Below are positions 1 to 10,704 of a stretch of 64,000 nucleotides of DNA, one piece after another (positions within the stretch are counted from its first letter, which is position 1; each line of letters opens with the position of its first letter). Both the position numbers and the translations under genes were made by a program. Under the pieces are notes generated by a model. That model was given only the letters and a program-made list of their open reading frames with translations. It did not search any database and was not told where the DNA came from. Location: NCBI GenBank assembly GCA_038087875.1, contig CM075990.1, positions 4,032,001-4,096,000 of the forward strand. Direction: 5' to 3'. This stretch comes from Malacoraja senta (lineage: Eukaryota).

Positions 1-227
1 CTATCTATAATGTAATAAATAAAGAACTGCAGATGCTAGTATATACCAAAGAAAGACACAAAATGCTGGAGTAACCCAGCGAGTCAGGCAGCATCTCTGG
101 AGAAAGTGGATAGATGACTTTAGACTTTAAAGATACGGCGCGGAAACAGGCCCTTTGGCCCACCGAGTCAGCGCCGACTAACGATCACCGCGTACTAACA
201 CTATTTAGGCAGGTTGAAATTTATGAG

Positions 228-1672
228 TCATCCTTACATACAGGAGAGGTGCCGGAAGACTGGAGGGTGGCAAATGTTGTGCCTCTTTTCAAGAAGGGCT
301 GCAGGGAAAATGCTGGGAAATATAGGCTGGTGAGCTTAACATCTGTCGTTGGAAAATTACTAGCGAGTATTTTGAGGGATAGGTTAGACAGGCATGTAAA
401 TAGGCAAGGCCTGATTAGGGATAGTCAGCGTGGTTTTGTACGTGGGAGGTCGTGTCTCACAAATCTGATTGATTTTTTTGAAAACGTCACCAAAAAGGTC
501 GATGAGGGCAGAGCTGTAGATGTTGTGTACATGGACTTCAATAAGGCATTCGACAAGGTTCCGCATGGTAGGCTGCTCTGGAAGGTTACATTGCATGGGA
601 TCCAAGGAGAGATAGCTGAATGGATAGCAAATGGTTCCATGGAAGGAAGCAGAGGGTGATGTTGGATGGTTGCTTTTCGGACTGGAGGCCTGTGACTAGT
701 GGTGTGCCTCAGGGTTCGGTGCTGGGCCCGTTACTGTTTGTCATCTATATCAATGATTTTGATGAGAACATACAGGGCAAGATAAGTAAGTTTGCAGATG
801 ATACAAAAGTGAGTGGTTTTGCAGATAGTGAAGATGGTTGTGAACGATTGCAGCAGGATCGATTGGCATGGTGGGCGGAGGAATGTTGATGGAATTTAAT
901 ACTGAGAAGTGTGAGGTGTTGCATTTTAGACGTCGAACAAGGGCAGGACCTACACAATAAATGGTAGGCCTCTGGGTAGTGTTGTAGAGCAGAGGGATCT
1001 AGGAGTACAGGTGCATGGTTCCTTGAAGGTCGAGTCGCAGGTGGATAAGGTGGTCAAAAAGGCCTTTGGCACTTTAGCCTTCATCAGCCAGAGTATTAAG
1101 TTGGGAGGTCATGTTGCAGTTGTATAAGAGATTGGTGAGACCACATTTAGAATATTGTGTTCAGTCTGAGCACCATGTTATAGGAAAGATATTGTCAAGC
1201 TTGAAAGGGTTCAGAAAAGATTTACGAGGACGTTGCCAGGACTAGAGGGTGTGAGCTATAGGGAGAGGTTGAGTAGGTTGGGGTCTTTATTCTATGGAGC
1301 GCAGGAGGGATGAGGGGTGATCTTATAGAGGTGTACAAAATCTTGCGAGGAATAGATCAGGATTGCCCAGAGTAGGGGAATCAAGGACCGGAGGACATAG
1401 GTTCCAGGTGAAGGGGATAAGATTTAATAGGAATCCGAGGGGTAACTTTTTCACACAAAGGGTGGTGGGTGTATGGAACAAGCTGCCAGAGGAGGTAGTG
1501 GAGGCAGGGACTATCCCATTGTTTATGAAACAGTTAGACAGGTACATGGATAGGACAGGTTTGGAGGTATATGGACCAAGCGCAGGCAAGTGGGATTAGG
1601 GTAGCTGGGACATTGTTGGCCGGTGTGGGCAAGTTGGGCCGAAGGGCCTGTTTCCACACTGTATCATTCTGT
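228..1672 (+). mobile_element. CR1/HER1-type LINE, 5'-truncated, frameshifted RT
   Basis: ORFs 114..659, 620..889 and 1363..1599: [58 protein letters not shown]; tail gggccgaagggcctgtttcc. Confidence 0.95.
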
Positions 1673-2019
1673 GACTATTCTACACACTGGGGACAATTTA
1701 CAATGTTACCAAGGCCAATTAACCAACAGACCCGTACTACTTTGGAGTGTGGGAGGGAACCGGAGCACCCGGAGAAAACCCACGCGGTCACAGGGAGAAC
1801 ACACAAACTCTGTACAGACAGCACCCGTAGTCAGGATTGAACCTGGGTCTCTGGTGCTGGGTCTCTATCACTACGCCACCGTGCTGCCCTGACGTTTCGG
1901 GTTGGGATCTTTCTTCAGACTCCAGCATTTTGTGTCTATCGTTGCTCTGCACTATCCTTTGATTCGCCCAAAACGATGTGGGGGGTGGGGGAAAGAGCCA
2001 GAAATCCTGGAGTAACCCA

Positions 2020-2535
2020 AAGAAGGCACCGTGGGAAGCATCTTACCAGGATGCACCACACTTGGTTTGGCAAAGGCTCCATCCAAGACAGCAAGAAATA
2101 GCATCAAATCGTGGACCTCGCCCTGGCCATCACACAAACCAACCTCCCTTCCATTGACTCCATCTACACTTCACGCTGCCTCGGCAAGGCCAGCAGCATA
2201 ATCAAGGACCTGTCTTACCCCGGTCACTCCCTCTTCTCCCCTTTCCCATCAGGCAAGAGGTATAGAAGTGTGAAAACACACACCTCCAGATTCAGGGACA
2301 GTTTCTTCCCGGCTGTTATCAGGCAACTGAACTATCACCAACTAGAGAGCGGTCCTGACCTCCATCTACTTCGCTGGAGACCTTTGAGTTATCCTTAGTT
2401 GGTCGTCAGTGTTATATCTTTGCACTAAATGTTGTACCCTTTATCCCTTAACTGTGCAAAGTGTTGTCTTTGACTGGATAGCACACAAACAAAAGCTTTT
2501 CACTGTGTCTTAGTACACGTGACAATAATAAACAA
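2020..2535 (+). mobile_element. Rex/Babar-like LINE 3' fragment
   Basis: ORF 2111..2398 (LPSIDSIYTSRC...HPGHSLF..PSGKRYRS..TSRFRDSFFP-type C-terminus); tail ...ttcactgt..gtgacaataa. Related copies at 7545-7740(-), 31375-31760, 52990-53920, 58235-58600. Confidence 0.8.
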
Positions 2536-2586
2536 TAGACCTTCTTCAGGAGTCTGAGGAAAGGTCCTGACCGAAATGTCACCCAT

Positions 2587-2786
2587 NNNNNNNNNNNNNN
2601 NNNNNNNNNNNNNNNNNNNNNNNNNNNNNNNNNNNNNNNNNNNNNNNNNNNNNNNNNNNNNNNNNNNNNNNNNNNNNNNNNNNNNNNNNNNNNNNNNNNN
2701 NNNNNNNNNNNNNNNNNNNNNNNNNNNNNNNNNNNNNNNNNNNNNNNNNNNNNNNNNNNNNNNNNNNNNNNNNNNNNNNNNNNNNN
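2587..2786. other. Assembly gap (200 N)
   Basis: Run of N. Confidence 1.
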
Positions 2787-3150
2787 CACCTCTCCCCCAC
2801 CCCTCACCTCTCCCCCATCCCGGGCAGACAAAGCCTTTACCTGCAGCTTCATTTTTTCCAGCGCGGGCTGAATGGGCCCCGGGCGTTGGGCCCGCCGGCA
2901 GCCCCCCCGGGGGTGGGGGTGGGGGTGGGGCCGGGGGCCGAGGCCCGGGCCTGGGGCTGGAGTGTGGAGTCCGGGGCCTGGAGCTCCGACCCTCCCGACC
3001 CTCCCGACCCTCCCGACCCGAGCGGTCCCGCCCTCCCGGCACCGGCGTGAACTGCGTGGTCTGCGTGCGTGCGTGCGCGCCCCCGCGGGGTGCTGGTGCC
3101 CGACGTCCGTGCGCGCCCCCCCCCCGCCGCCGCACGCGCACGCGCCCTGT
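2787..3150 (-). promoter_or_regulatory. CpG-island-like promoter / candidate first exon of the downstream gene
   Basis: Very high GC and CpG content, GC boxes, GCGCACGCGC (NRF1-like) repeats, (GGGGGT)n tract; minus-strand donor CAG|GTAAAG at 2841/2840. Confidence 0.5.
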
Positions 3151-3189
3151 TTGTCTGCTCAGGGGTAAACAAGTGTCTGGGGATAGTTT

Positions 3190-3900
3190 CCTTTTTTGTT
3201 TTAAATTATTTTTATGAGAAGCAATTGTACAAGAATAACAACAATCGGCATTTTATGTTGTACAGTTATTGCACAGCTTCAATTGTAACCTTTTAACTTG
3301 AAAATAAGGGAAAGAAAAAGAGAAAGAACAAGAGAGAGAACAAGTGATAGGTGCAAAGATAGGTGCCCTAGACCACCAAAGTAGTGTGGCCAAAGAGTGG
3401 ATAAAGATGTAAGAGAGGAGAAGGGGGACAAAAGTGGAGATATACCTGCCTCTCGTCCCCCCCCCTCCACCGCCCACCTCACCCAACCCAACCCAACCCA
3501 TGGTTGGATTTAAATCCACAGTTGTGTTGCACCATACTATCCTTGTAAGAATTCGGTGAAGGGTGTCCATGTCTTGAAAAATTTGATCTTGTAACGGCGC
3601 CACCTAGCGCACGCAGATATCGAACCCGGTTCGGAAGCCGCGGTCACGTAATTCGGGAGGGGCCGTCGTTTTCGCGCGGTTTTCCCTTGGCGCGTGTTAG
3701 TTCAGTGCTGACCACCGATGTGGGCAGACGTGTTTGACAAACCTGTATACTGCAACTTACTTTCGAATAAAGTTTTTGGTTGAAAACTTCAGTGGTCGTT
3801 TCTCAAACCGCTAAAATCTGTTTTTTCTGCCAAGACAAGCCTAATATTTCCAAATGTAGTGTCTCTGACATGTTTGTAATCCACATCTTAACAGTAGGAC
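3190..3900 (-). mobile_element. L1 3' fragment (ORF2 C-terminus, 3'UTR, A-rich tail) interrupted by a solo LTR
   Basis: Minus strand reads PTVKMWITNMSETLHLE..RLVLAEKT / FKTWTPFTEFLQG*, homologous to the L1 at 59940-60077. Confidence 0.8.
3590..3815 (+). mobile_element. Solo LTR (226 bp, Gypsy-like) with 4-bp TSD ATCT
   Basis: Termini TGTAACGG...CCGCTAAA (imperfect inverted), internal AATAAA at ~3766, ATCT at 3586-3589 and 3816-3819; removing it rejoins the L1 sequence. Confidence 0.75.
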
Positions 3901-4734
3901 TGATGTGTGTTTCCAAAAGGGGGGATGGCTTCCTGGAGCACAGAAGACCCCACAACACACAGGCCTCACAAACCACAGTCATTCACCTACCCCAACCACA
4001 CACGTAAGTCAGCCTGATGGCGAGGATAGGGATCACCTGCAGAAATACCTGTACCAAATGGGCTTAGAGTCACAGGGCCACACAGCACATTAAACAGGCC
4101 GTTTGCCCATGTGCATAACTTCATAAGTGATAGGAGCAGAATTAGGCCATTTGGCCCATCAAGTCTACTCCGCCGTTCTATCATGGCTGATCTATCTTTC
4201 CCTCTCAACCCCATTCTCCTGCCTTCTCCCCATAATCCCCGACAAATGTACTAATCAATAATCTATCTATCTCTGCCTTAAAATACCCATTGACTTGGTC
4301 TCGTCAGACTTCTGTGGCAATGAATTCCACAGATTCACTATAGAAATTCCTCCTCATCTCCTTTCTAAAGGAGCAGCCTTTTATTCTGAGGCTGTGATCT
4401 CTGGTCCTAGACTCTCCCACTAGTGGAGACATCCTCTCCACATTCCACTCTATCCAGACCTTTCACTATTCACAAGGGTCCTGTCAGTGTGTCTGGGGGA
4501 TTCCAGGAACTCTGCAGCCACCCGCTGAGTAACTGCCACGTGTGGGGCGGCTTGTGGTGAGTGAGTTGGCGGGGAGCGACGCAGCCTCACTGCCTGTTGC
4601 TGCCCTGGATTACAGCCTTCTCTCCGCACTCCTCCTCCCCCTCTCCATCTGTCCACAGGATCATCGCCACACCAGCCAGGTCACACAAGGAATGATGCTA
4701 AGCCCCATCTGCCTTGTAAATCTCAAAGCCTTCA

Positions 4735-5492
4735 TCATAATCATAATCATAATCATAATCATACTTTATTAGCCAAGTATGTATTGCAACATACGAGGAA
4801 TTTGATTTGCCATACAGTCCACCATTAAAAAGCAACAGAACACACAAAATACATTTTAACATGAGCATCCACCACCGTGACTCCTCCACATTCCTTACTG
4901 TGACGGAAGGCGAAATATAGTTAAATCTCTCCCCTTCTATGCTCTCCCGTGGTCGGGGGCCTCGAGCCTTAATGGGGCGATCATGGCTCCCATAGCAGGC
5001 GGCAATCGGGCCCTCTGCATTCGGGGCGATCAAGGTCCCAAATCGGGGCGGGGGGAATCTCAGCTCCCCTGTGCTGGGCGATCTGACCCCGGGTCAAGGC
5101 TGGTCGAACCTTCCGCGTCGTTTGGAGCTTCCCGACATCGGTCTCTACCCGAAACTGCGAGCTCCTTGTTGTTGAAAATCCGCAGAACGTCGATCCCAGG
5201 CAACGGATCGGCTCCGATGGTAAGTCCATGTCCCTGCAGTGGGGCTCAAAGTCAGTCCCGAGCAAGGCTTCCAGCTCCATGATGTTAGGCCGCAGAGCGA
5301 CCGGAGATACGATCCGGAAAATAATCGCATCTCCGGCAAGGTAAGAGATTGAAAAGAAGTTTCCCCCGACCCCCTCCCACACCCCCCACTTAAAACAAAC
5401 GAGAGAACATTAACACATACTTTTAAAGCACACTACAAATGACAACAAAAAAAGACGAAAAGACAGACAGACTGTTGGCGGGGCTGCCATCA
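4735..5492 (-). mobile_element. Non-autonomous GC-rich retroposon with (TGATTA)n tail; second copy 48310-49020, relatives 5830-6790 and 51260-51625
   Basis: Long shared blocks with 48310-49020 (e.g. agccaagtatgt..gcaaca, aatcgcatctccggcaaggta); microsatellite tail; no recognisable protein. Confidence 0.7.
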
Positions 5493-6894
5493 GGTGCACC
5501 ACAGTGTGGAAACAGGCCCTTCGGCCCAACTTACCCACACTGGCCAATATGTCCCAGCTACACTAGTCCCCCAAACCTGTCCTATCCATGTACCTTTCTA
5601 ACTGTTTCTTAAACTTTGGGATAGTCCCAACCTCAACTACCTCATCTGGCAGCTTGTTCTATACACCCACCACCCTTTGTGTGAAAAAGTTACCCCTCAG
5701 ATTCCTATTAAATCTTTTCCCCTTCACTATGGACCTATGTCCTCTGGTCCTCGATTCCCTTACTCAGGGCAAGAAACTCTGCATCTATTGATCTTGCCCT
5801 GTATGTTCTCATCCAAATCACTGGTGTAGATAATAATAATAATAATTCATTTTATTTACTGGCGCCTTTCTAAAACCCAAGGACACCTTACAAGGCATAG
5901 AATCACAAAAATACAAAACACATAATCGGAATAAATTAAATATAAAAACACCACAGTACACAAATCAAGGACAGAATACAATTTCAAAAGCACAAAAAGA
6001 AAATAAGAAACACAATTTGAGGAGAGAGCAGCGGCGACCAATTCGCGCCAGCGTCCACTCTCCCCTCCGACCGCCATCTTGAACACAGACCAACAGACAC
6101 AGCACACAAAAATCATCCCCCCACAATGACCACCACTGTGGGGGAAGGCACAATGTCCAGTCCCCAACCCAGTTCTCCCCAGAGTCAGGCCCAATGAGGC
6201 CTCCACAGTTGCCTCTACGGAGGCCCGATGTTCCTGGCCGTCGGGAGAGTCCTCGCAGCGGCTGGAACGGCCGGTTTCCCAGCGGAGTCGATGGCACCTG
6301 AAGCCGACAGGGCCGCGCCGATTTGGAGCCACGAGGCTCCCGATGTAAAAGTCGGCACCGCCGCCCGCGGCTGGTCGCTCCGCAGTCCCGCAGCCCGGAG
6401 GTGTTGATCTCGGCGGTCAACGCATACCGGAGCTCCAGCGCGTCGATCCAGCGCGGCGACCCAGGCAAGGCATCGCCCGCTACGCTCCCCGATAGCGCTC
6501 CAGCGCTGTGCCGCCACCGAAGCTGAAGGTGCTGGGCGGTCCCCGTCAGGAAACAGCGCTCCATGCCCGCTGGTAGGCCACGAGGACGGGTCGACGAGGC
6601 AGCCTGGAGAAAAAGCTGCCTCACCAACCAGGTAGGGACCCAGAAATAGTTTCCCCTTACCCCCCCACATTAAAAGTCAAAATCCCCCAAACAAACAAAG
6701 AAATAAAAAAAGCTAAAACTAAAGAAAAAGTGAATTTGACGGACGGCTGCTGGTTAGCAGCCGTTCCTCCAAGATGGCGGCTCCTCCTTGACAAACAGTA
6801 ACAGGCCCAGTACCGACCCCTGAGGCACACCCCTAGTCACAGGCCTCCAGACCGAGATACCGAAAGAGGGGCTGTAACCTTTCACACATATGGC

Positions 6895-7150
6895 AACATG
6901 GTGGTGCAGCGGTAGACTTGCTGTCTTACAGCGTCGGAGATCCGTGTTTGATCCTGACCATGGGTGCTGTCTGTACGGAGTTTGTACGGGTTTCCTCTCA
7001 CAATCCAAAGACGTGCAGGTTTGTAGGTTAATTGGCTTGGATAAAAGTAAATTGTCCCTAGTGTGTGGAGAATTGTTTTAGCGTGCAAGGATCGCTGGTC
7101 GGCATGGACTCGGTGGGATGAAGGGCCTGTTTCCGTGCTGTGTCTCTAAA
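6895..7150 (+). mobile_element. tRNA-derived HE1-like (V-SINE-type) SINE; representative of >15 copies (10216-10500, 11310-11750, 11760-12060, 12770-13765, 22325-22610-, 24180-24625, 25222-25435-, 40890-41160-, 44610-45000, 51650-51905, 55605-55850, 56255-56525, 61045-61355-)
   Basis: A-box-like ggtggcgcagcggtaga, B-box-like ggttcgatcc, conserved core ttcctcccacactccaaagacgt, LINE-like tail ggccgaagggcctgtttcc..ctgtatctctaaa. Confidence 0.85.
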
Positions 7151-8429
7151 AGTAAAACACTCCGAATACACATGGAATACAGTCTCTTCCAGGCTGCAAT
7201 GACAGGCTACTGGCGAGTCCGTGAACTGAGTTAAATATCTGTTGCTGTGCTTTGTGCTGGACCCCACAATGGGTGGAGGGGTCATCACAAGGTGACTGGG
7301 ATGACCGGGTCCCTGCTGAACCCAGGAACGGCCCAACCATCCCATTCCCAACCAGCCTGAAACACGACGACCCTGTGCAAGCTCAGTGAACCGAAGGAGT
7401 CAAGATGGCAGGAGAATGGGGTTAGGTGGAAGAGATAGATCAGCCATGATTGAATGTCGGAACAGACTTGATGGACTGAACGGCCTAATTCTGCTCCTAT
7501 CACTTATGAACTTATGAGAATGGAACAGCGTCAACCTAATGCTACAAATAATCCATTGGACCCATCAATATATGGTGGCCTTGCCGAGGCAGCATGAAGT
7601 GTAGATGGAGTCAATGGAAGGGAGGTTGGTTTGTGTGATGGTCTGGGCTGCGTCCACAACTCTCTGGAATATCTTGCAGTTTTTGATGGAGCTGTTCCCA
7701 AATCAAGATGTGATGCATCCTGATCAGATGCTTTCTGGGGGAACCAATGTTTGGCAGTGGTCGGTGGGCGGGGAGAGGGAATTTTTGCCAGCAGTAAAAT
7801 TCGCCAGGGAGTGAATGGACTCGGAGCTCTGCACCTGAGGCACCACTGGTGAGGCAGCTGACTGCCACCTACTGGAGGGTGCAGTGACTGCAAGTCCATC
7901 AACGCCTGCAGCAGGTGTGGCAATGGCAATGACAATGTCTCCCTTACACTCCCACTGCTGTCAATGTTCAAGGTCTGGGACTGACACACAGCGGGGCAAC
8001 GCTCGAGGAGAAGAGGAGAAAACGAGGGGACGTTTTCATCTGTTGTCCCTTTGGCTCAGCAATAGCACAGACCCTGCAAACACTTGGCATATTTCATTGG
8101 GGGGGGGGCTGAGATTAAATCTCCATGACTTCAACCCAAGAACAACAATCAACTGCTCCAATAGTTTTTTTGAACGTTATTTATCAGATGTGAAAACTGT
8201 AGGAATGGAAAGGAAGTATTTCCCTGGCAGTCATGATTCATGCAATTGGGTGTCGGACTTGACTTCAATAGGGTCAAGTCCTTAGATAGACACAAAATGC
8301 TGGAGTAATTTTGTGCCTATCTTTGGTGTACTGACCCGCCGAGTTACTCCAGCATTTTGCTTCTTACTTCGGTGTAACCGGCATCAGCAGTTCCTTCCCA
8401 CACATTGGGTCAAGACCTTGGCTCCTCTT

Positions 8430-9300
8430 CTAAGTGATGATACAAAAGTGAGTGGTTTTGCCGATAGTGAAGTTGGTTGTGAACGATTGCAGCAAGATCT
8501 GGATCGATTGGCCAGGTGGGCGGAGGATTGGTTGATGGAATTTAATACAGAGAAGTGTGAGACGTCGAACAAGGGCAGGACCTACACATTAAATGGTAGG
8601 CCTCTGGGTAGTGTTGTAGAACAGAGGGATCCAGGAGTACAGGTGCATGGTTCCTTGAAGGTCGAGTCGCAGGTACATCAGGTGGTCAAAAAGTCTTTTG
8701 GCACTTTGGCCTTCATCAGTCAGAGTATTGAGTATAGACGTTGGGAGGTCATGTTGCAGTTGTATAAGACGTTGGTGAGACCGCATTTAGAATATTGTGT
8801 TCAGTTCTGGGCACCATGTTATAGGAAATATATTGTAAAGCTTGAAGGGTTCAGAAAAGATTTACAAGGATGTTGGCAGGTGTGAGCTATAGGGAGAGGT
8901 TGAGCAGGCTGGGTCTCTATTCCATGGAGTGCAGGAGGATGAGGGGTGATCTTATAGAGGTGTACAAAATCATGAGTGGAATAGATCGGGTAGATGCACA
9001 GAGTCTCTTGCCCAGAGTAGGGGAATCGAGGACCAGAGGACATAGGTTCAAGATGAAGGGGAAGAGATTTAATAGGAATCCGAGGGGTAACTTTTTCACA
9101 CAAAGTGTGGTGGGTGTATGGAACGAGCTGCCAGAGGAGGCAGTTGAGGCTGGGACTATCCAATCGTTTAAGAGACAGTTAAATAGGTACATGGTTAGGA
9201 CAGGTTTGGAGGGATATGGACCAAGCGCAGGCAAGTGGGACTAGAGCAGCTGGGACATTGTTGGCCGGTGTGGGCAAGTTGGGCCGAAGGGCCTGTCTCT
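8430..9300 (+). mobile_element. CR1/HER1 LINE 3' fragment (same family as 228-1672 and 63420-63955)
   Basis: ORFs 8313..8885 and 8870..9244 (LYKTLVRPHLEYCVQFW, RGDLIEVYK, FFTQSVVGVWNELP). Confidence 0.93.
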
Positions 9301-9409
9301 AAGTGGTGTAGTTGCAGGGCAGACCAACGGGCAGGAATGTGGAGGTGGGCTGATCGGAGGTCAGGCATCACGTAATACTTCCGCCCAGAGTCAACAACAC
9401 ATTCCTGAA

Positions 9410-10022
9410 TAACGTCACCCATTCCTTCTCTCCAGAGATGCCGCCTGTCCTGCTGAGTTACTCCAGCATTTTGTGTCTATCTTCGGTTTAAACCAGCATC
9501 TGCAGTTCCTTTCTACACATTCTTCATGCTTTCTTTGTTGTTAAATGCAGTGAATTAATAGCAAAATTATCCCCCTTAGTCCTTCAACCATCCTGTGCTC
9601 CTCCACTGTCAGAGTGAGGCCCAGCGCAAATTGGAGGAACAACACCTCATTCTTTGGCAGAAACCCCAGCGGAATGAGCATTGACTTCTCAAACTCCAAG
9701 TAACCCTTGCTTTCTCCCTCTCTCTCCATCCCTCCCCCATCCTAGTTCTCCGACCAGTCCTTCCATCCTCCTGATTAAATTTTATCTCTGTATGCTTTGT
9801 TGTCACCATTCCCTAGTGACCAATGATCTGTTCTACATTTTCCTTGATCTCCATCCCATTTGATATTTTGTTTTCACACCTTACCCTTCCATAGCTCTAT
9901 GTCTCCCTCCCCCCCTGACTCTCAGTCTGAAGAAGGGTGTCGACCCGATACGCCACCCATTCCTTCTCTCCAGAGATGCTGCCTGACGCGCTGAGTTACT
10001 CTAGCATTTTGTGCCTATCTTC
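9410..10022 (+). mobile_element. Penelope-like element 3' fragment (GIY-YIG ORF C-terminus plus terminal repeats)
   Basis: From ~9601 reads LHCQSEAQRKLEEQHLI...SGMSIDFSNSK*; direct repeat of cacccattccttctctccagagatg at ~9416 and ~9954. Related pieces at 10545-10797, 12372-12722(-), 57260-57600(-). Confidence 0.75.
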
Positions 10023-10676
10023 TTGTGTTGAACTGGTGTTTAACTGGACTTCTGTTAGTAAACCAACGCATGCATTATCAATACCCTATTTTCCTGCTAA
10101 ATGTATTTAGAGTCATAGAGAGAGTCATACAGTGTGGAAACAGACCCTTCGGCCCTCCTTTGCCATGCTGACCAATGTGCCCTATCTACACAAGTCCCAC
10201 CTGCCTGCGTTTAGCCCATATCCCTATAATGGGCATCACGGTGGCGTAGAGGTAGAGCAACTATGAGTGCCTGTCTGTACGGAGTTTGTACGTTTTCCCC
10301 GTGACCTGTGTGGGTTTTCCCGGGAGCTCCGGTTTCCTCCCACAACTCCAAAGACGTCCACGTTTGTAGGCTAGTGGCTTGGTATCAATTGTAAATTGTC
10401 CCTGGTGTGTATAGGATAGTGTGTATGGGGATCGCTGGTCTGCATGGACTCGGTGGGCCGAAGGCCCTGTTTCTGCGCTGTATCTCTAAACTTAACTAAA
10501 ACTACATGGTTCTCTAACTTCAAGTAGACTTCTCGAACTTCTCATTGACTTCTCCAACTTCAAGTAGCCCTTGCTTTCCCTCTCTCTCCACCCCCTCCCC
10601 CTTCCCAGTTCTCCCACCAGTCTTACTGTCTCCGACTACATTCTATCTCTGTACCGCCCACTCCCCTGACATCGGT

Positions 10677-10704
10677 CTGAAGAAGGGTCTCGACCCGAAA
10701 CGTC
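10677..10704 (+). ncRNA. Minimal type-I hammerhead-ribozyme-like motif (intact-core copies also at 11478-11505+, 36130-36157+, 31066-31093-)
   Basis: CUGAAGA-A-GGGU(CUCG)ACCC-GAAA-CG-UC^; palindromic ACGU helix III; helix I only 2-3 bp (GGU/ACC here); lies in Penelope-like terminal repeats. Confidence 0.55.

Noticed and set aside
2448..3217. Long ORFs of 134-213 aa spanning the gap
   Set aside because: Artefacts of the N run and GC-rich low complexity; no domain content.
5856..6670. Overlapping 150-220 aa ORFs
   Set aside because: GC-rich repeat body open in several frames with no recognisable motif.
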